From Mobula hypostoma (lineage: Eukaryota): a stretch of DNA of 64,000 nt. A program made the position numbers and the translations under genes. The notes under the pieces are model-generated. The model did not search any database. It was given only the letters and a program-made list of their open reading frames with translations, and was not told where the DNA came from. Every line of letters begins with the position of its first letter. Within the stretch, counting starts at the first letter, position 1. The stretch is taken from contig NC_086098.1 of NCBI RefSeq assembly GCF_963921235.1, forward strand, positions 205,716,001 through 205,780,000. The letters are read 5' to 3'. Shown here one piece after another: positions 60,885-64,000 of the stretch.

Positions 60885-63354
60885 TTCTTCAACGGAGTGA
60901 CGAATCTTTGGTCATAAACTATTGATTTGGAAGTATTAGCTGGAGCACAGGCCTTCTGTGCTGCAATAGTAACAAAGAAAATCAGACACAATTGAAGCCA
61001 AGAGATTTTAATGCCTCGAGATCATCTTGGTTTTTCAGATTCAAATTATGCTGGGATATACATCATACTGTCAAATCTTAATTCTGAAATTTCATTAGGC
61101 ATGAAGTCAATCATGTAAAGTGCTTCTTCATATACTACAATAGCAACATGCAGTTGTGTAGAGAAATGGAGCTGATTGATTCCCATTAATTCTTTATTTC
61201 AGGCACACTGCTAGAGAGAGAGAGGCCAAACAAGTGAGAGATCTTTTGGAAAGTGTGTGGATGTGAAGTGGATAGTCAGAGAGTTAGTACTAACTGCCCT
61301 CAACTAGTCAGTTGAAGAAAAGCAATGGCAAGCCTGGAACACAGCTGATGACAGAAAAGAAATAAACATATTTTACTATGGTCTATTTTATGGCAAGATT
61401 TACAAATTGAATTTAATACAGCAAAACAGAGTGCAGTGAACAGCTACTTATTTCAGTATCTTATACGGGAAAACTTCTGCAATCTTTACATACGTACACA
61501 CAGATATTTGTAGCTGGTGAAAAGCACTTCTGAAGCAGTTGTTTTCAATGTGAGAAAAAGAAACACAAATACAAACTGAATAGTTAAAAGATTAACCACA
61601 TCAATACACACACCATAACACGCCAGTACCAACTCAGCCAGCATAGCTTCTGTGCTTGATAGCGCCACAGGCAGAGGAGCACATTTATGTTGCTCTTTTC
61701 CTGCACCTCAGCCATCTAATGAAGTAAGGAAATTTTGACTGGAAACAATATTGTTTGAAATTGCACGAAGTGATACACTTTGAGAATCATTACATTCACT
61801 TAAGCTGAACAATGCAGCTGCTGCCCCTAGCAGTCCATGCTGCTCCCAGGTGTTTGGCATTTGTCAACCATCACAGGCCCTCTTAAACAGCTGTGACAGG
61901 CAAGGCATGGTTCAGCACCCAGTGTTCAAAGGCAACAAATTGTATAGCCCATTAGATGCTCATAAAAATAATATAACCAAATGAAACAGCATGTAGTAAA
62001 ATAAAAGTGAGGCAAAAGCCCCAGAAAATATTACTGTAAAAAGATAAAAATAAGACATTCAAGTTTCGTAAAGATAATTGCATTAGATTTCTACCTCTAG
62101 ATCCAGATGACTTCAATTAAAACATTTCATCCAAGACACTGAGGGTAGTATTCTTTTCAGTGATTACAGTTCAAAGGATATTTCACTTATGCCTTAAAAA
62201 GGCTAGCTCTCCAATTTACCCACAGGAAGTTGCTGAAATCACCAGATCTGATAACACCAATAATGTGGATGTGAGATGGCAATTCTAGATGCCCACTAGT
62301 CAGAGCAGGTGCTGCTAAGTTGGAACGAATGACTATATGATTCTAAGACTTCAAAATCAAAGTAGGAGGGAAAGACAAAGTTGAGTTCTTCTACTTCGAC
62401 AGTTTGAAGGTCGGGTTGTTATGGCACTGAAAGGCAAGAGTGCTGTGCACATAAACAGATTACCAAATATATAAAGAAATTACAGGACTGAAGGACACAA
62501 GAACATCTGTAGCACATTCTGACTAGAAAGGAAAATAAATTACAAAATTAAATGATGCAACTGAATTTCAAACCAGAGGGAGAAAGCCAATCGAAACAGC
62601 CTCACAAAGACTTGTTAATTTGGAGCTGCACATTCTGTCAACAACTGTTTTGGTCATGGAACTGCTACTGTACTTGGAAATAAAGTACCACCAAAAGGCC
62701 AAAGCATTAGATGCCTTTGAAACTTCCTTGCACAGAGAAAGCAAAGCACTCACTGGAGAGACAGAACTAAATGCGGCACCACAAAGTAAAAACTGTAGCC
62801 AGCCAGGATGGTTACAGAATAATGGGTGAGATGAGCTCCATTCCTTTCTATATTTGCAATCCTGCATTGAAATGCCATCTCTAGTCCTTCATTTCCAACA
62901 TAAAACTAAAGAGGTAGAGAGGCGATAAATACAAATTACATTTATTTGCATATACTCCAAGAATGTGTCCTATTAACTTCAAGTAAAACACTCATATCAA
63001 TCCACATCCCAGACAATTCCTCCATCTTGATGGGCAGTCATGTCAGCAAGAACTGAAATGAGACTTAACAAACTAAATTTCAACAAACTAGATTAAAAAT
63101 AAGGCTTTTCATTTTATATGAATTTTAAGTAACTATTTACAGAAAGAAAGGGAAATTAATTAGGGGGAAAATGCAGTTTTATACCACTCCATTAGGTCAA
63201 AGGGAAAGTAATATACTTAGATTAAATATAATGGCCTAAAAAGTTAGATTTATGCTGGGCCTTGGCAATATGATATAATCACACACTTATGCTAATGTCA
63301 GCAATCTTGATAGCTGACTGTTAACACTTTACATTAAGTTCCAGAGAAGGATTA

Positions 63355-63892
63355 CCTTCTTGGACTCACTGGTCAGGGTCAGCCATGGATTTTCATCCTA
63401 GCTGTCGATATACAAGCCAGTACGCAAGCCAGGTCACTGTAATACAGAAACTAAGCTGCTGCCAATACAGCAGGCTCCCCCACTCCACACAGTGGATGAA
63501 TCCAATGGAACAGCAGAGACCGATACAGTTTCGTACCAGCAGTGTTGCAGGAGTTGCCAGTCAGCATTGATCTCAATGTAGGACTGTCTTAGGGCCTCCA
63601 GCTCCAGACTTTTCCTCTGGGTTTACTCCCAAAGTCATTTTCATGAATGAGTACAGATGAGTTGCCAAAATGGCTGACAAATACCACCTACCTGGAGCAG
63701 CCGGTTTAAGGCAACAGTAACTTACCTTTGCCCTCTCTCCTGCCAGTAAAAATGGTTCATAAACCACATGTGAAGGCCAGGAACTGGACTTGGCTGTCAA
63801 AGGCTATTTGAGACCACACCATTGGGAGCATTTAATAGGTAGTGGGAGCTTATCCCCACTACACCCTCTCGACTATGCCAACCTTAAGGAAC
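63355..63892 (-). mobile_element. Non-autonomous RTE-related retroposon (SINE-like)
   Basis: GC-richer block with features resembling RTE 5' UTR and tail sequence, sharing a motif with the 31206 SINE (ctccccc.ctccac here, g.agaggggagac there); family assigned by recognition only. Confidence 0.5.
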
Positions 63893-64000
63893 AAAAATAT
63901 TATCCTTATACTGCGAAGAAATGAGTTCATGGACTTTAGCCAAGTAACAATGGTACATGACGAGGAAAGGACCTAGTGTTTTTAAAGAGATCCAACACAG

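Noticed and set aside
60918-60972. Hairpin agcacag-gcctt-ctgtgct as a pre-miRNA
   Set aside because: Stem too short and interrupted, and no match to a miRNA I recognise
62568-62867. Overlapping 99-aa and 69-aa ORFs in unique sequence
   Set aside because: No recognisable homology or convincing splice sites; lengths expected by chance

Overview
Repeat-rich vertebrate genomic DNA, most likely an elasmobranch (ray or shark), inferred from HE1-type V-SINEs and the CR1, Rex/Babar and Penelope families present. I recognise no intact host gene, tRNA, rRNA or CRISPR array. The long ORFs I can identify are fragments of decayed retroelements (CR1, RTE, Rex/Babar, Tx1, Penelope) or DNA transposons (Tc1, two hAT derivatives); the rest match nothing I recognise. 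AT-rich unique stretches lie between the repeats. Several exon-like splice modules point along the minus strand, so the window may be a large intron of a minus-strand gene (unproven). Highlights: (1) tiny Penelope-derived insertions of 97-275 bp with 11-16 bp TSDs, carrying minimal type I hammerhead ribozyme cores, two of them as fold-back hairpins; (2) a ~200 bp near-perfect hairpin at 24961-25161; (3) a ~320 bp local duplication with a more conserved core that looks like an exon or a structured RNA; (4) nested composite hAT elements. All alignments were done by eye, and boundaries of decayed elements are approximate.
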